A stretch of DNA of 64,000 bases from IMG/VR virus record IMGVR_UViG_3300021964_000017; one strand, 5' to 3'. This DNA comes from a virus. A program made the translations under genes and the position numbers. Below the pieces are notes generated by a model. It was not told where the DNA came from. It searched no databases and saw nothing but the letters and a program-made list of their open reading frames with translations. Below, piece by piece: positions 46,716 to 54,474 of the stretch. Each line of letters starts with the position of its first letter. Position 1 is the stretch's first letter.

Positions 46716-47319
46716 TCATTTGCTTCCTTATCTCTTCTTTTCCAAGTCTACCGGTCCAATGCATAATTTTAATATTAGAAGGAGCGGTGCGATCGATTAA
46801 GTCTAACCTAAGCGTATTCCATTGTTTTGGAATCGTTCGTATATGTATCTCTCTTTTAAGACCTTCTCTAACAATCCCATGAAGAATATCTTGATCCCCA
46901 AACATTGTGCCACGATCTTCTACCATCATTATCGATTCTTCTGCCCAATGGTCCAACACTAGTGGGCGGTTAGCAAACGCTACTACACCACTATTGTGCC
47001 ACCTCTCCCCACGTCTCATGCTCCATGGCTGGTCTTCTACCATTGTTAGTTTATTAGAGTCTATGAGGTCGAATATGGGAGTGATATCTGCTCTTACTTC
47101 ACAGTCCGTATCGAGCCAACAGATCTTCTCTGCCATTTCTGTTGCTAGTCTCATTACAACGGGTTTGTTGAACCAACCCCTACCTGTCTTATCAAAATCA
47201 AACACATGGAGATTAGCATCGGGGTTATGTTTGTAGAAATTCTTCTCAAACCAAGGGAGCATCCATCTCGTGTTCTCATCACACCCAGTAATGAACAGTT
47301 TAGATAATCTTGTAACCAT
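46708..47319 (-). CDS. GT-A glycosyltransferase
   Basis: WFNKP, WLDTD (DxD), NSGVV, GDQDIL, WN.LR, HWTG. Confidence 0.8.
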   Translation of the reverse strand: MVTRLSKLFITGCDENTRWMLPWFEKNFYKHNPDANLHVFDFDKTGRGWFNKPVVMRLATEMAEKICWLDTDCEVRADITPIFDLIDSNKLTMVEDQPWSMRRGERWHNSGVVAFANRPLVLDHWAEESIMMVEDRGTMFGDQDILHGIVREGLKREIHIRTIPKQWNTLRLDLIDRTAPSNIKIMHWTGRLGKEEIRKQMNE

Positions 47320-47941
47320 TGTTATAATTATGCTTTGCTAAGCATCCCTCTGTTCTTTGTATAGTGGTAAAACTGTCTCTTGCTTCTACTGGCCACGGAT
47401 AGTATTCTTGGAGCCATTGAAACACTTCATTATTCAAGAATACATCTGTTGGTCTTGCAAACACTTTAGCCTGAGCAATTAACAAGCTAGCTCCTTGAGG
47501 ACTAACTCTGTATCCATGTGCACCAGGAAAGTACCTTTTAGATGTTAAAGGATTAACACCCAATGTTGTGGGAGTGTTGAACTTACCATAAGAAGGCTTT
47601 CCTAAACTAATACACCCATTATGAATCATTTCTGGAATATAGTCAACCACGACAGCATCATGTTCAAAGATAGTTACTTCTTGATTGATCTCTGTACAAT
47701 GCTTCCACAGTGACCAATGTGAATGAAAAGCTGCCATACAGTTCTCTAAGCGCGAATACTTCTCTCTAAACCCAGCTTCACCAATACCTGCATCCCACAA
47801 AAACGCTGAGAGCAATTCATTAGGAGTAGTTGCTTCCCACTTCTCAATATTAAGATCAAACTTCTTGCCAGAAGCAATACATCGTTCAGCTGCTTGAACT
47901 GACTGAGGAGTCTGAGACATAGTAATGACATAATGTTTCAT
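47300..47941 (-). CDS. GT25-family glycosyltransferase
   Basis: YVI, AAFHSH..LW, IFEHDA, GAHGY.VSP.GA, P.D; start reassigned to MKHYVIT. Confidence 0.8.
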   Translation of the reverse strand: MKHYVITMSQTPQSVQAAERCIASGKKFDLNIEKWEATTPNELLSAFLWDAGIGEAGFREKYSRLENCMAAFHSHWSLWKHCTEINQEVTIFEHDAVVVDYIPEMIHNGCISLGKPSYGKFNTPTTLGVNPLTSKRYFPGAHGYRVSPQGASLLIAQAKVFARPTDVFLNNEVFQWLQEYYPWPVEARDSFTTIQRTEGCLAKHNYNNGYKII

Positions 47942-48630
47942 AGAGATGTTGTACTCTCTGTACCTTGAACCTGTGTATAGAACTTCTTGGTGACTCCTAG
48001 ACGAGGTACAAGCTGACGACACATAAGAGCATCATTGGGCCAAAGCCCATGGTCTCTGACTAGCTTAAGCATTCTACTAGCCCCTTCTGGCTTGATTATA
48101 TATGCACTATTACCAGCCAGCCCTTGAGGGATATCGTAATGATCAATCTTTGGCACCAATTGGATCCACGGTTTGTTATTAATAATTGTTGTGTAAAATT
48201 CACGAGCACGTCTTGTTGCACCTAGCGGGTTGTTAATGCCAATGATATACATCTTAGAATCATTAATATCAAAGTCAATCTTCTCAACAAACTTAGCATC
48301 ATGTTCAAGAATTATCATAGGCTCCTGTGTCTTGACACAGGTCTTCCACAACTTGTAGTGACTAAGAGCGCAAGCAATTCTTGCTTTAGGTCTATTGGTT
48401 TTATACGCATTCTTACGTAAACCTGTTTGCAGACATTGCTCTTTACCTGCCCATGGGTAGTTCCAGACAACATTAAGATCCTTCATTACGCTATCAACTT
48501 CATAGGGAGTGATTGCATCAAATCTGTTAATAGGAAATGTGTTCCCTACATCCTTTGATGATTGGTTTAAAATCTCATAGGACTGTTCAGACAGCTTATG
48601 GCCCTTTATTACAATTGCGTATGCTTTCAT
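47938..48630 (-). CDS. GT25-family glycosyltransferase (tandem paralog)
   Basis: RFDAI, ACALSHYKLW, ILEHDA, GNSAYIIKP.GA, P.D. Confidence 0.85.
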   Translation of the reverse strand: MKAYAIVIKGHKLSEQSYEILNQSSKDVGNTFPINRFDAITPYEVDSVMKDLNVVWNYPWAGKEQCLQTGLRKNAYKTNRPKARIACALSHYKLWKTCVKTQEPMIILEHDAKFVEKIDFDINDSKMYIIGINNPLGATRRAREFYTTIINNKPWIQLVPKIDHYDIPQGLAGNSAYIIKPEGASRMLKLVRDHGLWPNDALMCRQLVPRLGVTKKFYTQVQGTESTTSL

Positions 48631-48634
48631 CCGT

Positions 48635-49246
48635 TCACCGTACTCTTATAATATAGCTATCTGGTTCGCCCGATTGTTTACGAAGATCAAAGCGCTTAGT
48701 GTCTTTGCCATCCAATTCTTTCAAGAACTTGTTCATTTCTAAAATGTTGTATCTGTCCGGATGTTTTTGAATCCACCAGTGTTGCATCTCTTGGGTTGTC
48801 ATAACGTCAAGCGGCCATACATCTTCAACATAGAATCTACCATTCTTTTTTAGTAAAGGAAATAGATTGTGTAGAGTCTTTGCATTGGCATCTGGTGTAT
48901 GCAGCCCATCATCAATTATAATATCAAAACGGATTCGAGGCCACTTCTTTTTAATCTGATCTCGTACCGCAATGTTTGTGCTGTCACATTTAAGCCAATG
49001 GACTCGCTCGTTGTTTAGCACTTCAATGTCATTGGGACTGACTCGCTTGAAGATATCAATACCATAGATTGTGGCATTAGGAAAGAACTCTAGCCAAGCC
49101 TTAATACTGTCACCTCTGAACACCCCAACTTCAAGAATGTTGATTGGTTCGTTCCTTAGAGTATCAAACTCTGGTTCATACACTGTGTGATAGTGATGTT
49201 TAATAGCCTTATCACATCCGTTCTTATTAAATAATATATCAAGCAT
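48635..49246 (-). CDS. Class I SAM O-methyltransferase (sugar O-methyltransferase-like)
   Basis: DK...H.Y, ILEVGVFRG.S..AW..FFP.A.IYGID, FDIIIDDG.H, G..YVED. Confidence 0.85.
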   Translation of the reverse strand: MLDILFNKNGCDKAIKHHYHTVYEPEFDTLRNEPINILEVGVFRGDSIKAWLEFFPNATIYGIDIFKRVSPNDIEVLNNERVHWLKCDSTNIAVRDQIKKKWPRIRFDIIIDDGLHTPDANAKTLHNLFPLLKKNGRFYVEDVWPLDVMTTQEMQHWWIQKHPDRYNILEMNKFLKELDGKDTKRFDLRKQSGEPDSYIIRVR

Positions 49247-49916
49247 ACATTGTGTTCCTTGTCGGGCCTGTATCAAAGTCGTAGCCCCATTGTTCAATAT
49301 CTTTTTTGTACCAATCAGCTACGATCTGAATGGTCTCGGGTGTATATAGATCTTTATATGATCCCTTATTAATTGCAGTTACATTACGAGCTGCACTCAT
49401 CTCTACCAGGTTAAAGTATTTGCATAGATCAGAGTTGAGATGTTCAAATCGAATGATATCGCAACGGACGTTTCCTTTATCATCACTAACATGATCAAAC
49501 GCAGGATACCAACCACGGACAGCTCTATGCCACATGTAGTCTTCGTTACCCCACTTATGCCGCTCTTCTAAAAACGCTTCAAATGAACTGACATCCGCAT
49601 AACTTTTGTCTACTTTCTTTTCAACTTCAATAACCTTTTTTGCAAAAAAGAAACGACTAACCACACGATCCCAGGGGTTACGGACAACAGCAAATGAAGT
49701 GTTGTTTCTACGTATTGATGGATGAATATCGCGCCAGCGAGCATGTTCAAAACCATGATGATCTCCTAGTGAATTCATCTTGTTAAGCACAGCTTGAGAA
49801 TACTGTGGGGACTTGTGAATGTTACTTCCAGCTAACATTATTCTATTGTTTAGCATAGGACTACGACGAATAGTCATACCTGCATTCTTTGGAATGTGAA
49901 TGAATAATTTATACAT
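49239..49916 (-). CDS. Sulfotransferase (Sulfotransfer_2-type)
   Basis: FIHIPKNAGMTI (5'-PSB), VRNPWDRVVS (3'-PB), RFE.L..D, Y..D...GY. Confidence 0.85.
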   Translation of the reverse strand: MYKLFIHIPKNAGMTIRRSPMLNNRIMLAGSNIHKSPQYSQAVLNKMNSLGDHHGFEHARWRDIHPSIRRNNTSFAVVRNPWDRVVSRFFFAKKVIEVEKKVDKSYADVSSFEAFLEERHKWGNEDYMWHRAVRGWYPAFDHVSDDKGNVRCDIIRFEHLNSDLCKYFNLVEMSAARNVTAINKGSYKDLYTPETIQIVADWYKKDIEQWGYDFDTGPTRNTMYA

Positions 49917-50706
49917 ACTTCATTAGCTCCTCAACATTCTCTCCACGATTTGGTAGCTTATCTTTCAAAAAGAAATGAACGAAGTTACATTGTTTAATCT
50001 TATCCATTCCGATACCAGTAAACAACCCATTCCATTTCCAATCAAGATTATTCACAGCCATCTTCTCTTCTTTGACCCACACATTAAGAAGTGTCTGATC
50101 TGTAGACCATTTCCACGCTCCAACACCATCTACGAAAGGTTTGAATCTAGGTCTGCGTAAGAACTGTTGGGGAGTTTCTCCGTTGAGGTATTTCTCAATC
50201 GACTTGTTAACAACCATCAGACCCATGTTATAGAAGTCTGCCCCAGCTTTGTGGTCCCAGTTAAACAGACCACTAAGCCCAGGATGAGCATATTGCATAC
50301 GTGTATAGTTAGCCAGCTTTTGTGTATAAGCTGGTACTGTTGGCATCGATCGTTCTAGAACTCCAGCAAAATCAACACTAGTGCCAGCAGCGGCAAAAAT
50401 GCAATCTTTGCAATCAGGCCGTACGTAAATATCAGCGTCAATAATAGCAATTTGATCATACGACTTGAGGTAGGAGAAAGCATTCTCTTTCTCAAAGATC
50501 GGAAGGAATCCACCATATTTTTCATATGATTCTTTGCTCCTATTGCTAGTAAAGGGGTCAGGTTTAATCATTAGAATAGGTGTTCGTTGCTGAACATAGT
50601 CAGCCCCTATTCGTTTTGCATACTCAGCGACTGATTGGGTACAGTGATTGTACAGCTCGCTCTTCTTGCCCGTGTACACCTGATAGATTAGTTTTTTCAT
50701 TTTCAT
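49909..50706 (-). CDS. GT-A glycosyltransferase
   Basis: YA..IGADY, YDQIAIIDADI, YNMG, DQTLLN, WKWN, FVHF. Confidence 0.8.
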   Translation of the reverse strand: MKMKKLIYQVYTGKKSELYNHCTQSVAEYAKRIGADYVQQRTPILMIKPDPFTSNRSKESYEKYGGFLPIFEKENAFSYLKSYDQIAIIDADIYVRPDCKDCIFAAAGTSVDFAGVLERSMPTVPAYTQKLANYTRMQYAHPGLSGLFNWDHKAGADFYNMGLMVVNKSIEKYLNGETPQQFLRRPRFKPFVDGVGAWKWSTDQTLLNVWVKEEKMAVNNLDWKWNGLFTGIGMDKIKQCNFVHFFLKDKLPNRGENVEELMKYV

Positions 50707-50965
50707 AACTCTTTATAATATCTTTGGCAATTTCCATTGCTTCATCAAACCGCTTGCGGAAGCGATTGTTTTTTGCACCATGATTAATAAAGTAATATAA
50801 ACTATCTATATCACTACTATAGGATGGTAAATCATATGTCTTACGGAACGACACAATATCTTCATACTGCGTTCTAAGATTTAGAATATAGAACACATAT
50901 TCACCCGTTAAGTTGTTGAGGGGGATCTTCGTCGAGGCCTTCATATTCATCGTACATAACCTCAT
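50624..50965 (-). CDS. Hypothetical protein (start uncertain)
   Basis: ORF bridging neighbours with long overlaps. Confidence 0.45.
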   Translation of the reverse strand: MRLCTMNMKASTKIPLNNLTGEYVFYILNLRTQYEDIVSFRKTYDLPSYSSDIDSLYYFINHGAKNNRFRKRFDEAMEIAKDIIKSYENEKTNLSGVHGQEERAVQSLYPISR

Positions 50966-51092
50966 TTAGTTTAAAACCGGGAAGTTTATTGTCATTACCC
51001 ATAACTTTAATTCGTGTTTCTTGGTCTAACGACTTATTCTTATTACGATCTTTTTTCTTGTTGCGAGGGTCGTACCTCTCAAACTTAGCCAT
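50901..51092 (-). CDS. Small hypothetical protein
   Basis: MAKFERYDPRNKKK; GGAGG RBS, TAATG coupling. Confidence 0.65.
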   Translation of the reverse strand: MAKFERYDPRNKKKDRNKNKSLDQETRIKVMGNDNKLPGFKLNEVMYDEYEGLDEDPPQQLNG

Positions 51093-51376
51093 TAGAAACC
51101 TCCTTGGCCGAACTCTCTGGTGTTTTCAATATAAGTGCCAAGTTCGTTAAAACCTCCAATGAACTTGCCGTTATGCCAAATTGCTGGCACTGTTCTAATA
51201 TTAAGGTTATCAATACTAGCTTTTTCTTTCAACGCATCTAGATTAGCTTTACCTTCAAATCTATCGTCTACTGAATAATAATCAAACTCGAGTGAGTATT
51301 GGCTACACAACTCTTTTGCTTTATCACAGTATTCGCACATCTCTTTTCCGTAGATCTGAAACTTATGTCCATTCAT
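51092..51376 (-). CDS. Glutaredoxin
   Basis: IYGK..CEYC.KAK, RTVP.I, IGGF.EL; start reassigned to MNGHKF. Confidence 0.9.
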   Translation of the reverse strand: MNGHKFQIYGKEMCEYCDKAKELCSQYSLEFDYYSVDDRFEGKANLDALKEKASIDNLNIRTVPAIWHNGKFIGGFNELGTYIENTREFGQGGF

Positions 51377-52077
51377 GGTTCTATTCCTAACATCTCTTTC
51401 GTCATTATATAGTCTCTCACAAAATCCGACCGAACGATATCTTCCCAACCAAAATTGATTATCTCAAACTTCTTGAGTTGTTCAACAATTGTCAGAAACT
51501 TAATAATACCATCCTTATCATCTTTGTACTTGAAATCAGATTGCAGATAGTCACCCGCAAAGATAATTCTTGAGTTCTTTCCAACTCGTGTTATGACAGA
51601 GTCCAATTCGTGGAACGAAAGATTCTGCATTTCATCCACTAATATTACAGCATTATCCAAAGTAAGTCCACGGATGAAAGACGTTGATTCAAACTGAATC
51701 TTACCTGCGGTTATAGCTTTGTTCCAGGATGACTTGTCACCAAATAGCTCGTGTGCAATAGCTTTATATGGAGAAGTAAACACATCTTCTTTTTCTTCTT
51801 TGGTACCAGGTAAGAATCCTAAATCTCTTGTGGGCACCATCGAGCGAACAATTACTAAGCGGTCCTGTTCTGTATCTGGTTCTAAGACTTGCTCGAGACC
51901 TAGATACATTCCCAAGAATGTTTTACCGGTTCCCGCAGAACCAGTCAACACCATATTGTAATCATTCTCCCATGCGTCATATACAACCTCTTGATTTTTT
52001 GTAATGGGGTCATGCTCTAACAGATCGTCAATTCTAACCTGTAGTGAGTTGTGCGGTGTTTTATGTCGATTTGCCAT
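51373..52077 (-). CDS. phoH: PhoH-family ATPase
   Basis: GSAGTGKT, GFLPG...EK, SFIRG.T, VDEMQN, TRVG, GD..QSD, DIVRS. Confidence 0.95.
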   Translation of the reverse strand: MANRHKTPHNSLQVRIDDLLEHDPITKNQEVVYDAWENDYNMVLTGSAGTGKTFLGMYLGLEQVLEPDTEQDRLVIVRSMVPTRDLGFLPGTKEEKEDVFTSPYKAIAHELFGDKSSWNKAITAGKIQFESTSFIRGLTLDNAVILVDEMQNLSFHELDSVITRVGKNSRIIFAGDYLQSDFKYKDDKDGIIKFLTIVEQLKKFEIINFGWEDIVRSDFVRDYIMTKEMLGIEP

Positions 52078-52307
52078 TAGACGTTAATTGTATTACCTCG
52101 TCCAGAAGTCTTTTTAATTTGCTTCAAATGATCTTTCCAACCATCTGATGTCATGCTAAGTGTTCCTCTCACGTTAGTGACAATTTTTGGTGCAGTGAGG
52201 GCTTGAGTATATTCACCGGTAGCAAGCAACTCTTCTCGTTCAGACATTGACAAGATCATATCTTGCGCTTCGCCAGTTTCTTTGTTTATCATTGTGTAGG
52301 TTGGCAT
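52077..52307 (-). CDS. FmdB-like small protein lacking Zn-binding Cys
   Basis: MPTY......TGE...; GWKD.L..IKK; position upstream of phoH. Confidence 0.7.
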   Translation of the reverse strand: MPTYTMINKETGEAQDMILSMSEREELLATGEYTQALTAPKIVTNVRGTLSMTSDGWKDHLKQIKKTSGRGNTINV

Positions 52308-52325
52308 TTGGTTTCCTTGGTTGTT

Positions 52326-52352
52326 GGTGGTCAGCCGTGAAAACTGACCACC
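52326..52352. other. Intergenic hairpin
   Basis: GGTGGTCAG-9-CTGACCACC; no U tract. Confidence 0.6.
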
Positions 52353-52366
52353 GCCACCTCCGTGTG

Positions 52367-52519
52367 TTAGATGTGAACAGCAATTCGTGATTCTAAGAAA
52401 TCAAGTTTCTTTGAGAGTTTTGCTACTAGAGTATCTTTTCCTTTAAGGGAAAGTTCTGAGATATACTCTCGAAGTTCTTGAGAATCTTTTTGAAGTACAG
52501 AAAGCTGAAAATCAGTCAT
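52367..52519 (-). CDS. 50-aa helical protein
   Basis: Hand translation MTDFQLSVLQKDSQELREYISELSLKGKDTLVAKLSKKLDFLESRIAVHI; AAGGAG RBS. Confidence 0.65.
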   Translation of the reverse strand: MTDFQLSVLQKDSQELREYISELSLKGKDTLVAKLSKKLDFLESRIAVHI

Positions 52520-52546
52520 ACACATCTCCTTGTGTTTTATTTGAGG

Positions 52547-52975
52547 TTAACTAATCAGTCCTGGAAAGGCCTCCTCTACTAATTTCTTAGTAATGCCTTT
52601 AGCCGGCTGCTTTTTTGCCACCATCTTCAATAGAAGTTCGGCATCTTTAGGATGGATTTGTTCGATCAAACGGATAAAGATTTGTTCTCGTTTGAAGGCT
52701 GGTAATGTGTCGCCTGGACCACCCTTAATTAAATCATTAAATTTTCTGGTTTGCTTCAACAAATTTGAAGGAACACTACGCTCTTCTGCCGCCTCAAAAG
52801 GAGGTCTACCCAGTGGGAGGTTCCATTCAATCTTGCTGTGAAAAGTGCCCACGAGAACATCTTTCAATGCTTGGGTCTCATGTTTTTTTAGAACGGCGAT
52901 CTTGTCTTCTCTCGTCTTTGCTTCAGACGCCATTTCAATTACTTCATGCACTCGTCTAGTCACTTGGTGTGCCAT
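52547..52975 (-). CDS. Conserved T4-like hypothetical protein
   Basis: KI.VL, W.LP.G.PP, KRE.IFI.L.E.IHP.DA.LL, V.EAFP.L; follows rnh. Confidence 0.8.
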   Translation of the reverse strand: MAHQVTRRVHEVIEMASEAKTREDKIAVLKKHETQALKDVLVGTFHSKIEWNLPLGRPPFEAAEERSVPSNLLKQTRKFNDLIKGGPGDTLPAFKREQIFIRLIEQIHPKDAELLLKMVAKKQPAKGITKKLVEEAFPGLIS

Positions 52976-53817
52976 TATACAAATTCCTCAACATTTTCTA
53001 ATAACATTCTACATCTCTTGTCAATGAGGTAAGGAAGCACTTTACCTCTATCAGCCACTTCTTGTACGTTATAATTATATATAATTTCTTTACGGACGGG
53101 CTCAGGTGTTTCTGATAAATCGATTAACTTTTTATTGCGTAGATAGTTACGATAGACCTCTTCACCCAGCGCTTTAGGATCTTTTGTCAGCTCGTCAATC
53201 TTATTCTGTCGTAAAGGCGTTTGGCGGATACCTTCAACAAAGACACTGTCTCCACTAAGAACATTGGGAACTCCATCGGATGTGTCTCCTTTAAGTATTA
53301 GTTCCATAAGCTGCTTGCGTGGTGTGTCGGTTTTAATAAACTTCTTTTGTACGGGAGAGTACTGAGCGACATTATCATACTTCTGTAGCTGTGCAAAGTC
53401 TTTATCGCCAGAGATAATCATCACCTCCTCATGTTGACCAAACTCTTGAGTCTGTTCAACCAAGACACCGATAATATCATCTGCTTCGCAATCCGCTACC
53501 TCTACTACTTTATACGGGAAGTGTTGTTTAAGCTCTTCTTGGACCATATTGGTAATACGAAACAACTCAGTCCAATCCATACTAGATTCTTTACGGGCGT
53601 CTTTACGCTTAAACTTATAAGGAGGAAATACTTCTTTACGCCAGTTGTTCCAACCATCACAGCAGATAACAACTTCACCATACTTAGCTTTGTTCTTTAC
53701 TCGATGCATTCGAATACTATTAAGGATCATGTGCCGAACCATGTTCTCTTCAACTTCCATCTTCATAGCAACAACATTGCTAATAGCAATTGCATTATAA
53801 TCAATCAGAATCATCAT
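52975..53817 (-). CDS. rnh: T4-type RNase H (5'-3' flap exonuclease)
   Basis: WRK..FP.YK..R, EADDIIG, ISGDKDF.QL, GD.SDGVPN, RN..LIDL. Confidence 0.95.
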   Translation of the reverse strand: MMILIDYNAIAISNVVAMKMEVEENMVRHMILNSIRMHRVKNKAKYGEVVICCDGWNNWRKEVFPPYKFKRKDARKESSMDWTELFRITNMVQEELKQHFPYKVVEVADCEADDIIGVLVEQTQEFGQHEEVMIISGDKDFAQLQKYDNVAQYSPVQKKFIKTDTPRKQLMELILKGDTSDGVPNVLSGDSVFVEGIRQTPLRQNKIDELTKDPKALGEEVYRNYLRNKKLIDLSETPEPVRKEIIYNYNVQEVADRGKVLPYLIDKRCRMLLENVEEFV

Positions 53818-54217
53818 TCTTCCTTATATGTTTAGAGTGGATCTTACATCCAATAAACTCATTGTAGTACTCATCGCTGAGCAACACATCATATTGAAAT
53901 TGTAGCTTGGCTTCATAGTAAGAACACTCACCCTTAGTTCTACATAAGTATAGCACATCTCTACGGTAGTTGTCAACACCTTTTTGTTCGACAAGTTGTT
54001 GCACCTCGGTAGATGAGCCATAGTACTTACGCCAATCGCTTTCTACGCGTGTTTTAACGCGTCTCTTGCGGGTCTTAGTCTTGGGGAGGATCTTTGGCTT
54101 CCAGAAGAACTTCTTGCCAATATACTTCTTTCCTGTATCGATTTCGGTTATCATATAGACAAACCCCTGATACTGTTCTGGTGTTTCATCAAACACCTCG
54201 TCATTATAATACCACAT
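53801..54217 (-). CDS. Small GIY-YIG-family nuclease
   Basis: GFVY.IT...TGKKYIGKK, W..YYGS, E...Q, YYN. Confidence 0.85.
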   Translation of the reverse strand: MWYYNDEVFDETPEQYQGFVYMITEIDTGKKYIGKKFFWKPKILPKTKTRKRRVKTRVESDWRKYYGSSTEVQQLVEQKGVDNYRRDVLYLCRTKGECSYYEAKLQFQYDVLLSDEYYNEFIGCKIHSKHIRKNDDSD

Positions 54218-54246
54218 AAAAAATAAGCCCTTTCGGACCTATTTAG
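54218..54246 (-). promoter_or_regulatory. GAAA-tetraloop hairpin with U tract (terminator / RBS-sequestering) and adjacent CTAAATA late-type promoter
   Basis: - strand: CTAAAT-AGGTCC-GAAA-GGGCTT-ATTTTTT-ATG. Confidence 0.55.
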
Positions 54247-54383
54247 TCTTCATCTTCCATTAGCTCATATGAGGTTGGATATCCACACATTGGACAGTTC
54301 TGAGGTACCTCATCATTATCAATAACCATTACCTGTGTTTCTGTATCGCAGGCGACACAGTCTGTCCAATATTCTTCTTCCAT
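54243..54383 (-). CDS. 46-aa zinc-ribbon/rubredoxin-like protein
   Basis: Hand translation MEEEYWTDCVACDTETQVMVIDNDEVPQNCPMCGYPTSYELMEDED; AGGAG RBS. Confidence 0.75.
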   Translation of the reverse strand: MEEEYWTDCVACDTETQVMVIDNDEVPQNCPMCGYPTSYELMEDED

Positions 54384-54433
54384 GTGCTTTGTCTCCTACA
54401 TACACAAATCTTCGTACCTAGAGGTATATAGGC

Positions 54434-54455
54434 GGTGGCGACTTTTGTCGCCACC
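54434..54455. terminator. Hairpin downstream of nrdJ
   Basis: GGTGGCGAC-TTTT-GTCGCCACC; U tract weak. Confidence 0.5.
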
Positions 54456-54474
54456 CCTATGTGATGTGAAGTAA

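Noticed and set aside
53801-54217. GIY-YIG gene as a mobile homing endonuclease or intron
   Set aside because: Only 138 aa with no DNA-binding extension; neighbouring rnh and nrdJ are uninterrupted
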